Made by a program: the position numbers and the translations under genes. Below the pieces are notes generated by a model, which was not told the DNA's origin, did not search any database, and was given only the letters and a program-made list of their open reading frames with translations. A stretch of 64,000 bases of DNA from Saccostrea echinata. Lineage: Eukaryota. The stretch is from positions 2,046,001 through 2,110,000 of the forward strand of contig NW_026889835.1 in NCBI RefSeq assembly GCF_033153115.1, written 5' to 3'. Positions 14,501 to 27,787 of this stretch are shown here, one piece after another. Every line of letters starts with the position of its first letter. Position 1 is the first letter of the stretch.

Positions 14501-15527
14501 AGTCCATTGATGGTGCAGGTTGAAAATTTAGCACGACGCGTCTACCATTAGCTTTGGAGCCTGTTACTACAACGCCAAAGCTAACATTCACATTTTTACC
14601 AATCACACAAAGTGTTTTACAAGCGAACCCAAGAAAATTAGGCGCCAAAAGACAAGTGCCCTTTTTTCTATTTCATTGTAAAAAAAAAAAAATAACTGAT
14701 ACTACCTTCCGAGTTATATTTCATCTAACACGACTGGAACAAAATATGATATATTAAAGAACGTACAAAATAAAAACGCCCTCCAAATATGACACTGATT
14801 GGGAATTAATTACAACGGCTAATAGTTGTACTGAATTTAACCTTGGTTGAACAGGTGCACCATCAATGGCCGTCTTTCAGAAGGCACGAGGACTATTGGG
14901 TCTCGATTCATTGTCACACAAATGGATTTATTACAAATCTAATGAGTAGTCCTGTCATTATGAAAAATCATTTTTGACATCAATACCGAGGTTTAACACG
15001 TGTAAAGATATCTAGAAAGTGTAATTAGAGAAAGCGTATTTAGTGTCAAATCCACTATTAAGATTTTTCAAATTGTCAAAATGTACCCCTGCGGTTTGTC
15101 ATTTCTCTTTCAGACCTTGGTAAATAAATGTGGCTTTTCGTTAATCAAAATTAAAGTGTTTCCCTTTTTGACAGACATAAAATCAAATATCAAATATGAC
15201 TTTAATAATATATAAATATTTTTTTTGAAATTTCTTCGGATATCCCCTACCTATTTCAGCATGTATACTTCTAACAGTATTTCCAGATAAATGTCCCTTG
15301 GAAATGCGACTGTTTTTAAACTTTTCGTACAAATCCATCATGTACTGGGGCGCCTGTTCCGATAAGAAGTTTGGGACTGTCTGAAGTTTAAGATAGCGGC
15401 CTGGAGAATCTTGAAATCCCAACAGCGTCCGAACAGCTTCGTGAAGAAGCACATTTTTCTGGTCGGTACTACTTATTGTAACACCCAGGCAGGTGTAGAA
15501 AAGATACACAAAGCTGCACAATCTCAT
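8357..15527 (-). CDS. BMP3: Bone morphogenetic protein 3 / GDF10-family ligand, 463 aa, join(15251-15527, 9351-10273, 8357-8548)
   Basis: Signal peptide [23 protein letters not shown]-beta propeptide, RDKR furin site and a 7-Cys mature domain: [80 protein letters not shown]. The motifs [24 protein letters not shown] and FDENxNVVLK are typical of BMP3/GDF10. GT-AG introns, phases 1 and 0; 1392 nt total. Confidence 0.95.
9351..10273 (-). CDS. BMP3: BMP3 coding exon 2 (propeptide, furin site, first half of mature domain)
   Basis: Acceptor TTTTCAG| at 10274, donor AAG|GTAAGG at 9350; open throughout. Confidence 0.95.
15251..15527 (-). CDS. BMP3: BMP3 coding exon 1 (signal peptide, start of propeptide)
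   Basis: ATG at 15527; ..[23 protein letters not shown]; donor AG|GTAGGG at 15250. Confidence 0.9.
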
Positions 15528-15840
15528 GGTTTCAAATAAAATTTGTAAATAATCCAACTATGAATATTTACTATTAATGTAACAAATTTTCTTTTTCATG
15601 TAAACATTATCCGTAATGTTCCATGATGTAGAACCGAAGCCATAATATTTTCATCTTCTGAATTACTATTATTCCGTTTTATCACATTTCTCAGGTAAAT
15701 TCATGTCGCACGTTGATATAAATCCCATGGAAAACAGGCTATCATAGTAACGCACCTCCACTCAAGCAAAATGGCAAGTCAAACCTCAAGAATGAACAAA
15801 AACTTTACACATCTAAATGATATAAACAAACAGTGTTGTT

Positions 15841-15924
15841 CTTTTATTTAAAAAATCGTTTTAGATTGGGTACAATCCTTACGAAAAAGATATGTCAATA
15901 GCTTCGGCGAATAAGCCCCGCCCC
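15841..15924 (-). promoter_or_regulatory. Putative BMP3 core promoter
   Basis: In minus-strand order: GC box GGGGCGGGGC (15915-15924), CCAAT (15864-15868), TATA-like TAAATAAAAG (15841-15850). About 320-400 bp upstream of the ATG. Confidence 0.45.
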
Positions 15925-18229
15925 TTATGCTATCGAGCGTGCGCAACCAGTGGTGATTTATCAATTTTTAAATTGACGTCCTTTCATTCATACCTACATT
16001 CGCTCGATGACTTGATGTTCAGAACTTGAGGGTAGTTTGTGTGTGTGATTCGATTTGTTTGGGTAATCTGCTTATAATCCCATTGATGGGTTCGGGATGG
16101 GTTTTCTGTTTCGCTTATTGTAAAACTGACATTGAGACCTTCAACTTCCAGACTTGATTGAACGCTGTCTCTGTGCATGTGGAAAGTTTTAATAACTGAT
16201 TGCGGGTTGCAAAAATAATTTTTGATACTTATTTGGTTGATTGTAGAAATAGACATGCTAAATTACCAGGTTAACCATTTAGATCAAAAATCTTATTGCA
16301 AAGATTTGCTGTGTTTTGCTTCTAAAGGGATTGAAATATATAATACTTGGATTTGTAATGTCCCTTCAGCCATAACAGAAGCAAGTAAATGCAAAACGTC
16401 TCCAATGAGTTTGGTTTGCTACGAGGCATTACGGTAACAATTAGAGTCTAAGAGACTTTGCAAAAGCTGGTAGACTGTGTAGTATTTATTGCTGTGCTAA
16501 AGGCGCTTTAACTTTTAACTGATTAGCTAATAAAAGTCAAGTACTAAATAAGTCGCCAGCAGCCAATTAGCGCTCCTGTGCCTTTGTCAAAGTTAAGGTG
16601 ATTGGCTCCAAAAGTCTGTACTTTGATGTCCACTCTTAGTCCCTATTTATTTCTATTTTTCCTTGGTGTATTTTCTAAGAGGTCATTTCAGGCAATGTTG
16701 CCGATATATACGTAACCAGGTTCGGTCATCTTAATCCAGAAATCCGAACGCAACCAAAATATGAAGCGAAGATTGAATACATTTACTCATACATTCAGTT
16801 GATTGTATTTTTTTAGTCTTATATTATTAGTTTTTTGTAGAAAATACTTCCAATCGATCAACATAGAATGCACATTGATTTTTTTTACCTAACTTCAATA
16901 TGAAGAGGCCAATATAGTGGTAAAAAAGTGTTAAAGAAACAAATTGACATTTATTTTGATTTGTAATCGCCATGCTTCAGATACTTTGGATAAATAATTT
17001 TCCGTGAAGAAAAAATTGGAAAATATTCATGATTGTTCATTAATCATGTCATTTATTCAAATGACAGATGTGTTGAATAAATTTCTTTGATCATAGGATA
17101 CTTCAATGATAGACAATTTGTTATTACTCAGAATTTTCGTGTCGCACCTGCTCTCGCCTCATTTGTATGAAAGAAACAATATATATAGATATCATTTTAT
17201 ATATTCGTCTCATATTTATAGGAGGCTGTGGACAAAGGTAATATTATATAAAAGATTGAAGAGAATCGAAAAAATAAATGTCGGAAAACAGCAGAAAAGA
17301 GGGTTGTCATGGAAGCCTGTAAATACACAACACATATTCTATTCATTCCAGTAATTCACAAGTACATGTATAGTGACAGGCTTATTTGCTTGCTTTTCCT
17401 TCCTCGTACAAGCGGGTTAAGGGAATATTGAATCATTGTTTGTAATATTTCATAGTATTTAAAAAAAAAAATGATATCTATTTTCTTCAACTATTTATAT
17501 ATTCTTATCTTTAAAAATAGCCAGTGTCATCATCAAATTTAAGATTTCAACATTAAATGAAAATCATTCATAAAAATACGTGAGAGCATGGAGGCGGTTG
17601 TTTTCCACTTTTGTGTCGTGTCCATACGGAAAATATATTTTTAAAAAATCTCACCGATAAATCATCCTCAATATATTTTTCATATTGATTATTTCTTAAA
17701 TCTTGATATGATATAATATTTTGAACTGACGTTTATTTAAAAGGAAAAAAGTTTTCATTGCTGAAATGTTGTAAAGTGGTTTTGTATTATATAACTGCAT
17801 GTATAAAATTACAAATAGGATATAAAATTATGATAAATGTACACAAACATTTGTATGGTAGGCATCCTATTACCAGTTTCACAACAATTTACCTAATGCC
17901 TTAATTAATTTGTAATGTTTTTTTTTTTTTTTTTTTAAATCTTGATGTTATATCATACAACATTAGTTGTATACACATTTTGAATTGTTGTATTCCCTAC
18001 TGTTGAACATTTTGTGATTATTTTTATTATGTAGGGCGATCTGCAAGTGTTTTACTGAGTATTGTTGTATTGTAATTATTCATATATTCATATATAAATC
18101 TTCAATTATTTTAGGTCTAACAATTTAACAAAAGTAACCGTTTAAAAATGTACATTTAGTTTCATATTTATTGAGAATTACGATATTCAATAGTTGATAT
18201 ATTCCCTTGCATTCCAGTGATTTTTATTC

Positions 18230-18232
<3 letters not shown>

Positions 18233-18279
<47 letters not shown>
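18233..18279. repeat. Poly-T tract
   Basis: 47-nt homopolymer. Confidence 0.95.
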
Positions 18280-18284
<5 letters not shown>

Positions 18285-19719
18285 ACTGCATGACAGACAA
18301 TTTTAAACTGTGTCAGAGATTTACAGAAACAAAAAACCTAAAGCAGGATGACATCAATTTATCAACTTTTCATATGTCAACGCATGATGTATCCAAGGAT
18401 TATAAGGCACAAAAAGAAATAATGTTATCCACAATCTCATCGTTAATCTTCAAATCCCCTTTTTCTTTAACACGAGCACTTTTCCATTACTGGCTACATG
18501 ACATGCTGGCTTCTACTTGCACTTTAGCACAAAAAGACCGCTGGTTCCAAAACTTGTAAAATTCCTTGACAAAGTGAGAACGCCTATGTTATTGTAAATG
18601 TCTTACACTTTAGAGCTATGGCAATAATTTTTGAATCTTAAGAAAATTACAAGATTTTGACGATCTTCTTAAGAAATTAAATGCATATACGACCATCATT
18701 TTGGAGCGAAATCTATTTTCGAAAGAAATAGGGTTAAGTTCCTCTTAAACTTGATTTTAATGCCATAATGATATTTGAATTCTAAAAGATGTTAAGAACA
18801 GTTAAAAAAAAAACAAACACATATTTTATTGTATGTACACAAAAATATTGGATACCAGTGAACCATTTCCTTGTATATAGATATAATATCTACAATAATT
18901 GTTCAACAAATAAAATTACAATTATATTTTAAAATTTTCATTACGTATAAATAAAATAAATTTAAGGACGCCTACTCTGAGTTAAGTGTATTTAAGAAGG
19001 ACTGACCCTCTGATAAGAGAGATAACTTTCCAAGTAAAAAAAATACTAGAATTACTCGTAGTTTAGTTTATCAGAATTTAATTGCATTGGAGTAGTCAAT
19101 TCTATCAAAACTAACATAAGATGGAAGCATTACCTTCTATATTTCTTTTGCCTATACTTTCAAAATTGTTTTATTTTATCTGGTTTAAAAAAAACCCAAA
19201 CCAAACCAAACCAAACCAAAAAAAAAAAAAAAAAATTTAAATCCATTTAGAGCTGAGGGTCATTATTAGTCCTTAAGCTTGTATTGAATATCTAACTTAC
19301 GGGTAAAAGTTTCTTTTTTTTCTTTTTTTTATACAAAATAATATGTTGTCAGGGAAGACTAAAGAAAATAATCAATAATCATAACATATAGCTTTATTTT
19401 GACAGGTGCATCGCTCAGATAGAGACAAGTACTTATTTTGTCGACTGACCTAATGGTAAAAAATATCACATTATCACAAATATACCCGGTATCATACAAA
19501 TCTGATAGAATATAATGGTTGAAGAGGACCTCTAATAGCATTGAAAATGCCTGACTACAAAATAATCTCTTTGGAGAAAAATATACATTATCATCAATCA
19601 GTTTAATAATTTTGGCTATCAGAAAGGGTCTGAGATTTTGTACTTCACTTGAAATTGCAACTGTTAATTTGATGAAATAATAAAAAGTGTGAGTAAAATT
19701 TTATTATTGGGTTGACTCA

Positions 19720-20250
19720 TGTGTCTCCCAAAGGAATAAGACATGTTGCATGTTGGTTTTGGCAAGATTGTCAGTTTGTCACATTGTCATGTCCAGGACA
19801 TGAATTTCAAACCCCAGATTGTAATGGGTTCAAACTTTTTCATGTTGTTGCGGAAGAGGTAAAGATTTGCATAACTTTACCTTAAGGTTATATCTTAAAG
19901 GTCAAGGTCATAGGACAATGAGAATAAAGGTCAAGGTAACTGGGCAATAAAATACTAGAAGTAAAATGTTTTTGGGCTATAATTCTGTAATTGTTGATTA
20001 AAATGTACTCATATTGTTGCTAAATACCCATGGTGTGACACGGTCTCGATTCTAGATCATAACTTTCAATTTCATGGTGTTTTCAAGCCTTATTTAGAAA
20101 ATCTTCGACTCGAATAAATACAAACTTGAATGTGTTGATAGCTATGACCTTGACCATATATCATATCTCAAAGGTCGTAGTTCTGTCGCCAAGGACATAG
20201 ATTGATGACAAGGAATAACATGGGGATGGGGGAGTCATCTGTTTTTGTAA
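19720..20250 (+). mobile_element. Degenerate HINE-like element
   Basis: Repeated AAGGTCAAGGT(C/A)A and TGACCTTGACC motifs, as in other elements of this window; ends GGGGGAGTCATCTGTTTTT. Boundaries approximate. Confidence 0.4.
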
Positions 20251-22009
20251 AAAAAAAAAAAAAGTCTATATAAGCATTTATCTCTAATTAAAACATTGAG
20301 CTTATGACAAGTACACGTAGGATGACGTTTCTAAATAAAATCTTTGATTCGGGATTAAAACAAAGCATGTCATGTTTACCTGACACTTTCTATTTCGTGT
20401 TTCTATAGAATACAATGGATCTCTTTGTTGCAGGAAACCAAATCCTGCAGGAACAGGATTCGGCGTCAAAGGTATTATAAATGTCACGGCAAAATAGCTA
20501 AGCGTGCCACAGATGAATATCTTTCCTTGTTTTACACAGGATACAACCAATATCACGTGACATACAATACTGCACCCGATTTGCATAAAACATTATACTT
20601 CCGCAGGAAAAGACCTCCGTCTGACCATATGAACTGATAACCATCCATTAGACATCAAACGAGCAGATATCTATCAAGGTGCGAGCTGATAAACTACATT
20701 AATTTAATTTTTAGTGCAGTTTCATGAAGCCTCAATTGTAATTTTCGGGAGCAGTTTGGAAATGATTTTTTTCCATGAAAGCAGGCGTTGTTAATGAACC
20801 ATTTTGATATCTTTTATCATGTTGGAACTTTGAATTCAGTATCCGTGACCTGCTGCGTGTCCACTTTTTAATGATTTTTTTTGTTCCTTTGATACTCAAA
20901 AATCATGTATTTTATGAATTTTCGTATTCCATGTTTAGTCGTATTACAGTCGTTTACGTAAACCTATTCCAAAAACAAAAGAAAAAGAAGTAAAAAAAAA
21001 TAGAATTAGAAGTGCATTTGTGTTATAAGTTGTAGAATTATTTTCAGAAGATAATTTCCGAGTTTCAGTTTTTAGGTTATATGTACTTTGATTATGTCTC
21101 ATTCACGTTGTTCCTCAGGCTCTGATCAATGTGTTAATACTAATCCTTGTAAAGTGTGAAATTAGATTTATTTTACTATTAAAAAAAATAAATAAATTCC
21201 CAACATTTCAATGGTAATACATGTTTTTACAATATTGTTTGATATTTCCAAGAATATCGTATCGCATTTCAAAATTATTTTTCCCAATATCCGTTCCATA
21301 GGATAATTTTGTACATTACTTGTGATAGGAACGACATTACAATGTACATGTATCTGACCGAATATTAATAATGATTTTAGTTTACATTAAGCATTTTTAA
21401 TTTTTTTTAATGTAAGCAAAATATTAAACCATTAATTAAAGAATAATTTGCTGAACGAAATCATAAATTTACACCATGTCACTCTTTTCTTGTATACTGA
21501 AAACATCTAAAGTCAAATCTCGATAGAACTATATCTTATCGACTTTGATCAATGTCTATCACAATCGAAAAAGGGGATAGGTATATGCATCATATTATAG
21601 GAAGCTCTTCAAATCTAGCGTTGCATACAGAACGCATGTATTGCCTGCTATACATCACATCATTAAAGACATAAATAAAACTAAAGGATGGTCTTTTTTA
21701 AAATATCATACTAGCATTATAATTCAAGCAAAGAGAACAAAAACACAAACGGATATTAAAACTGCGATAAGTAATATTTATCATAAAAATCACAATCAAT
21801 GGAGAAATTCAAAATAAAAATTAATAAAATATAATTGTTTATCATTTATTTATACGAGTTTATTTCAACCCCGTTCCCATTCCCGAATTATTTTCAGACA
21901 ACTAACTGGACAATCGAAAAAGCCAAATGATGTTCTGATTGCAAACATACCAATTTGTGTGATTAATGTAAACTAATACTGTTTGAAAGCTAGTGTCATG
22001 AGGTTGTAA

Positions 22010-22436
22010 ACATGTACATGTATATAAATGCTAGTTATAAAAACCCTTGCTCTCAAAATTCATAAGACATAAGTTAACAGATCAGAGTATTCCTGAAAAA
22101 TGGGACAAAGGTCACGGTCAACTAGACTATATTGTCAGTATTTTTAAGCATGTCTTATGACAAAAACCAGAGCACTTGTCATATAGCACAAAGGCAAAAT
22201 ATGTGTTTATTGGCCCTATGCTGTATTTTTAAAAGTAGGTCAAAGGCCAAGTTCAAAGGTCACAAGGTCGGTTGCCTTGAAATTTTACAAAAGACATTTT
22301 TGCAAGCAATACATGAGCAAAATATCAAATCAATACCTCTATCAGTTCTCAAGACGTAAGTTGTGACAGACAGACAGACGCAGGTGTGTCGGGCAGTTAT
22401 CCCTTAGTGTCGCTCTGCTCTGTGGGCGACCAAAAA
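22010..22436 (-). mobile_element. HINE-like element
   Basis: AAGGTCA-rich body, (GACA)n microsatellite, then terminal hairpin GTCGC..GCGAC and an A-run. Confidence 0.5.
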
Positions 22437-23131
22437 ACACACAAAACAAATTTTCATCATGACGTCACAAGTAAAACTACGATCGAGACTGTACCTAGAA
22501 AAATCTGCATAACTTATAAAATGATAAGTGAATGTCTGTTTAGATTGAACCTGTGACAGCTTACATGATATTAATAATTATTTCTGATGTATTTCACCGT
22601 CCAAGGACGGACAAGGGCGACATGACAGAATGCTATAACATGTTCAGCAGGGCAAACAGTTATTTAATTAGATGAATATACGTCAATGCATGAACAGAAA
22701 GAAACACGAAACTGGGAGATGCTCTCGACACTTGTTTTAAAAGAGCAAGGGAGCATATAATATATAATTGAAAAAATCATTTGTTGCTTTGAAATTTAAG
22801 CTAATATCATGTTGGAAATTTTGTATTTTAATACCTTCACAAAATTAATTCAAAATATACTTCACTGTTATAAAACTTTTATTATAAGGTACTGTTCATC
22901 GCACAAAGTGGAAAACGGTCAATGTGCTGGCCTTGAGATACAGAGAATAACGTGTTCAAATTTGTCCTGCATCAATGTTTACACGGAGAGAACGTAATGA
23001 AGTATGCTTTCTGGTGAACAGAGTAGGATCCATACCAATTCTCAAAAACAAGAAAACTGTTGCCATCAAAAGTCGCCCGGGAAGTATACTGTGTATTTCA
23101 AATTCTTAAAGTCTTATATTTAGGTATATAT

Positions 23132-24081
23132 TAGGGATGTCAACGAGTACCCGGTTAACCGGGTACTCGATCGAACGTCCGAGTATCGAATACTAAAATC
23201 GCTACTCAGTTACTCGGATGTATATTTTTTTTTCATATTTCAAAGAACAAAGTATATATTTTTTTTATCAAAAACTTATCAAAAAATGCAACTTCAAAAT
23301 GATTTGTCCTTGTTTACCTTGTAATTAGCGTCACCCACACCTGTCAATACCCGTTGTTGTCTGTGGCTGTGGACTTGTTTATACAGTAATTACCGTGACC
23401 AATCTCCTACACAGCTTTTATCACCTCTTGTGATCCGTTAGTTTTTTGCATAGCTTTAATGATTAGTATTTAATGAATATCGTTTAATTAGGGTTTTATT
23501 ATCCTAAAATAATAAAGTTTTCATACGGTAGCGAATTCGGACGTACAAAGAGATACCGCTAACACTTCAAAAGTGAAAAAAAAAACATTAGGAAAGAAGT
23601 AAAGATTTAAAAAATGTTTAAATTAGCTGTGCAAAGTTAACATAGCGTATATGGGGAAAACAACCAACATACACGTATTAATTAAATAATATCTAGCGAT
23701 CTCGAAAAGATCCCTTTCTTTAAAAACAATATCTTGCGCTTGTCTTATCATTGCAAAGCTACGTTACAGATTTTTTTCCTCTTGTGTTGATCAAATCGTC
23801 TTCCTAAACAAGAACCATTTCTAATTAATGATGCATTAATTGTTGTCTTTTGTGTTTATTTGAGAAATAAATTTAGTGCAAAAAATCATTTTCGTTTTGC
23901 TCGATGTTTGTGTACAAACATAAAAAACGTTAAAAATTCAACGTTGGGGTTAAACAGGGCTTAACTGGTCTCAATAAAATTAACACATTTGTATTTTACA
24001 ATTTTACCGAGTACCCGGGTACTCGATCGGAAAATCGTCCGAGTAACCGATTATCAAATATTGACCGATTTGACATCCCTA
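23132..24081. mobile_element. Non-autonomous hAT-superfamily DNA transposon (950 bp)
   Basis: Perfect 12-bp TIRs TAGGGATGTCAA/TTGACATCCCTA. 8-bp TSD GTATATAT at 23124-23131 and 24082-24089. Subterminal GAGTACCCGG/CCGGGTACTC palindromes at both ends. No ORF. Confidence 0.9.
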
Positions 24082-24874
24082 GTATATATACAGTATATAT
24101 ACGAGGAGCATAAAGACAATTCGTAGACAATGGCGTTTTTGTCCAACTGAATGGTCCTAGATATACTTTTTGTATACCAAAATATTTGTTATATGAAAAT
24201 TCAAGTTAGAATAGTTTGGTTTTGGTTGTTTGAACTTAATATTTTTGTTAAAATCGCGGACTTTGAAGGTCGCAGATAGTGCGCACAGTCAAGGGTAAAA
24301 ATGCCGTGAACTTTAAAATAATGTTTTTGATTAAAAATATTATTTTCTTAATAAAACAAGCCAAAACTGAATAAAAATTAAATGTGTCTCAAATAAATTG
24401 GTTACAGTTATTTCCTGTTATCTTTAGTTATCACTTACTGGACAAATAGTAAAAAAAAAAAAAAAAAAAAAAAAGGAAAATAAATATGTTTGAAAAATTG
24501 ACAAAAAAAAAGCGACGTCGACCATCCGAATGGAACAGCGTCCAATCATTTTTTTGCAGAAATATGGCAAGTGCCCTATGTTGAAAATGAACTAGATACA
24601 CTGAATATGTACACCTTTATATGATATATTTTTCTCAAAGTCCAAAAAGCATTTTTCATTAGTGTGTAGAGATTCCTTTAGATGCAGTTTAATTCTCGAT
24701 AACTTCTCCCGTCGATTTTTCCATCACAATCTATATAGAGCAGCCCGGTCTTCCGGGCTGCAATAATGTTTAGCTATAGATGATTAAAAATATCAAATCC
24801 AGAACATTTTGACTTTGCACTATGACTTACATGTAAGTTTCTAAAGCTCATTGTCAGGTACTGAATACTCTCGC

Positions 24875-25634
24875 AGTCTTTAGTTCCTAAGGTAAAATAA
24901 GCTCTTGCAATCGAAGATTGTCTGCTGTCTTTCTATTGTCATTTGATGTTTGTAAACTTTACTAAGCACATTCAGAACTACTGGACCAACCGCACACGTC
25001 CAAAGGCTTAAGTTAACCTGAGCTAAAGTAGAGCTTTTCCGGTCGACTTGAGCATGTCCGGCGTCTGTCTATATTGTCACGTGTCGTTGGTAAACTACGT
25101 TTTTGCCTTTTCTCCAGAACCAATGGACCAATCGTACACTCCAATAGTCTTTAGTTCACTTGAGCTAAAGTGAGTTTTCAGGCCGATCTAAGCGTATCTG
25201 TTATAAACTTGACCACATTTTCGTCCTTGTCTCCAGAACCACTGGAACAATTGCAACCAAGCTTGGCAGAAAACATACTGAGATGAAGTGGATTCATTTT
25301 TTCCCCTGTTTTTTCCATGAAGGAGAAGTGACGAGAAAGAGTTCAAAATATAAAATTCATTTAAAGAACCACTGAGCCAGGAAAGACAAAACCTACTTTA
25401 GACCTCCGCAAGAACACAGATGTATCAATCTGCATACTTGACACTGGGACTCAGTATTCTGTAAATTACTTAAATAGTAAAATGCCAAAATCATGGACTT
25501 TAAGTGAATAGTCGGAAAAACGGGCTTCCTTTTGATGACCGCAAAAGGAGTTTACCTATCAATATACATGAACTCATTTGTCAGGAAGGAGGAAAGTGAA
25601 TCATGTGAGCCTTGTGGCTCATGGGTCTCTTCTT
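24875..25634 (+). mobile_element. HINE with a triplicated 5' segment
   Basis: Three successive copies of the TTAGTT(C)..TGAGCTAAAG..CAGAACxAxTGGAxCAA block. One 3' end, GTGAGCCTTGTGGCTCATGGGTCTCTT, which matches the end of the 41442 element. Confidence 0.65.
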
Positions 25635-27525
25635 CTTCCTATAAATGACAGAAAAAAGAAAGATTGTAACAAAATATCATATTGTTGTGATTGTCGTAAA
25701 ATAACCTATCGTCTCTCTTCGAGGGGGGCACTAGCTTTTAAATGCTGTACAAGACTTATCGAGCTGGGGTTCATTACAGCATTTTTTCAACAGCTTAATC
25801 CATGGTGAACAAATATTTAGAAAAGCACTTAGCTGTTTGTTTTTCGACATCCATTTAGATTACAACTAGATATTGATGATTTTATGTAGATTGTAAATAC
25901 TGTGTATTGAGGGAAACGTGAAAAAGTGTAAAATAAACTAATCGGTAAATGGAATTTACATGAACCAATTGAAAATATCTTTAAGAAAGGTAATTAATTT
26001 CATTTTTTGATGAAAGATCGCCATGAGCTAATTGAAAATAAACGGTTATTTAAAAGGGACTGTATAGAGAGATAGAAAGTTATAGACGAACAACCCAGAA
26101 TATCAAAGATAACTCTCCATTTATTCTTTTAAAACAAAATCTTGTCATAAGTTAAACTGTATTTTTCCCCCAAAGTTTAATGACAGAATAATTATCTGAG
26201 TTTTTTTGGGGAACAACAAGCGAAAATGATTCATTTGATGAGCAAGTATCAATCGAAGAAATTCAAATACGATAAGCATTTTTATGAATGTAAATTCGTA
26301 TATCACAAAAACACGTTATTTCATTATCTGGTTGTGATAATAATCAACACTTTAATTCGAGACTAGCAATCTAGAGCCGACAATAGAGAAGATAATTCCT
26401 GGCCACTCAGTGTCTGAACAGCCAGTATGTTCCATAGATAAAGAAGGTGGGGCTAGTCAAGGAAAAAGGGAATGTTTTTGTGTGTTGTTATCTAATACCC
26501 ACACGGCGAGGAAGACTTAAGTATCTACAGTCTTCTTTCAAGTTTGGGAAATTGTTGATTCGGCCATTGATAGGAGACAACGAAATGATACGCGACGCCC
26601 CAGCGATACCTTTTGATTACGTACGTGACGGGGAAGAACCTTCGTTCATACTTCGCACAGAAGACAAGATTCTAGATTGTCCGACCTCAAACGTAGAAGA
26701 ATTTTACAAGTCGTAAACATATAATGAAAGAAATTCAATAAATAACATTAAAATAGGTCTCTGCGTGCGTTTAATAACCTAATAATCTGTATAATTAATT
26801 TTGAATTGTATTACATGAATTTAAGGGATTTTTCTCCTTTTTTATGAATAGATAAAACGATTTTGAGATATGTCATGAACTCAGTAACTCGACAACAAGA
26901 TTACTATGACAAGGGCAAATTGTGGTCTTGTGTACAGAAACCCAAGACCGTTTTACGGTACCGTTATATTTAAAATGCCCACCTACAATTAAGGACGTCT
27001 AACTCTGGCATGGACTCCATTAGAAGTTATCTGTGGTAAGATTTGATATCCTGATAAATACAGACTAACATGTAAGTCATCTTTAAATCGGGGAAGACAA
27101 ACTATATTCATTTGATGCAGTAAAAACCAGTCACACACGGTGGAATAGTAAGAGCTCTTGCTGTATTATTCGAATAAGAGAAATTCAGTTTGCATTTCAT
27201 TCAAACATGAATCGGAGCTATAAAATTTATTGTTATCGTTTGTTCTATATAAATATATAATTTATTTGTGTATCAATATTTGTTCAAATTTTATATGGAT
27301 GAAATGGAAAAAAAACCAAATATATAACGTGCGGTATTCAACTTGCCGGCACAGTCAGGTCATTTATAAGACAAAATCTCTGTTTCATAGATTTACACTT
27401 GTTAGTAAGCTGTGCCGACAGATTGAATACCGCGCGTAAACGACATCCAAAAATAAGAATTCAATGCATAATTATATTTACATTCTCTTATTTTCTCTCT
27501 TCATTTATGATAATTTCATTCAACC

Positions 27526-27787
27526 TAATTCAGGAACATCTCGTTTCTTTTTTAGTGTAGTTCCCTTGAATTAACAAAGAGTGGGTAATTCAGGAACATC
27601 TCGTGTCTTTTTTAGTGTAATTCCCTTGAATTAATAAAGAGTGGGTAATTCAGGAACATCACGTGTCTTTAAGTGTAATTCCCGAGAATTAATAAAGGGT
27701 GGGTATTTCAGAAACATCTCGTGTCTTTTTTAGTGTAATTCCCGAGAATTAATAAAAAGTGGGTAATTCAGGAACATCTCGTGTCTT
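27526..27787. repeat. 60-bp minisatellite, ~4.4 copies
   Basis: Unit TAATTCAGGAACATCTCGTGTCTTTTTTAGTGTAATTCCC..GAATTAATAAAGAGTGGG starts at 27526, 27586, 27646, 27704 and 27764. Confidence 0.95.

Noticed and set aside
12500-14660. Canonical Smad silencer element GRCGNC(N5)GTCT near the GGCGCC boxes
   Set aside because: The required GTCT spacing is not met at either site.
15528-15557. N-terminal extension MDYLQILFET in the ORF track
   Set aside because: It starts at TTG. The ATG at 15527 directly precedes the signal peptide.
17417-19276. Possible TTAA-flanked (Kolobok-like) elements at 17417-18210 and 18962-19276
   Set aside because: Only 8-9-bp inverted matches in AT-rich DNA; not enough evidence.
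27526-27787. Regularly spaced repeats resembling a CRISPR array
   Set aside because: The whole 60-bp unit repeats, there are no unique spacers or cas genes, and the context is eukaryotic.
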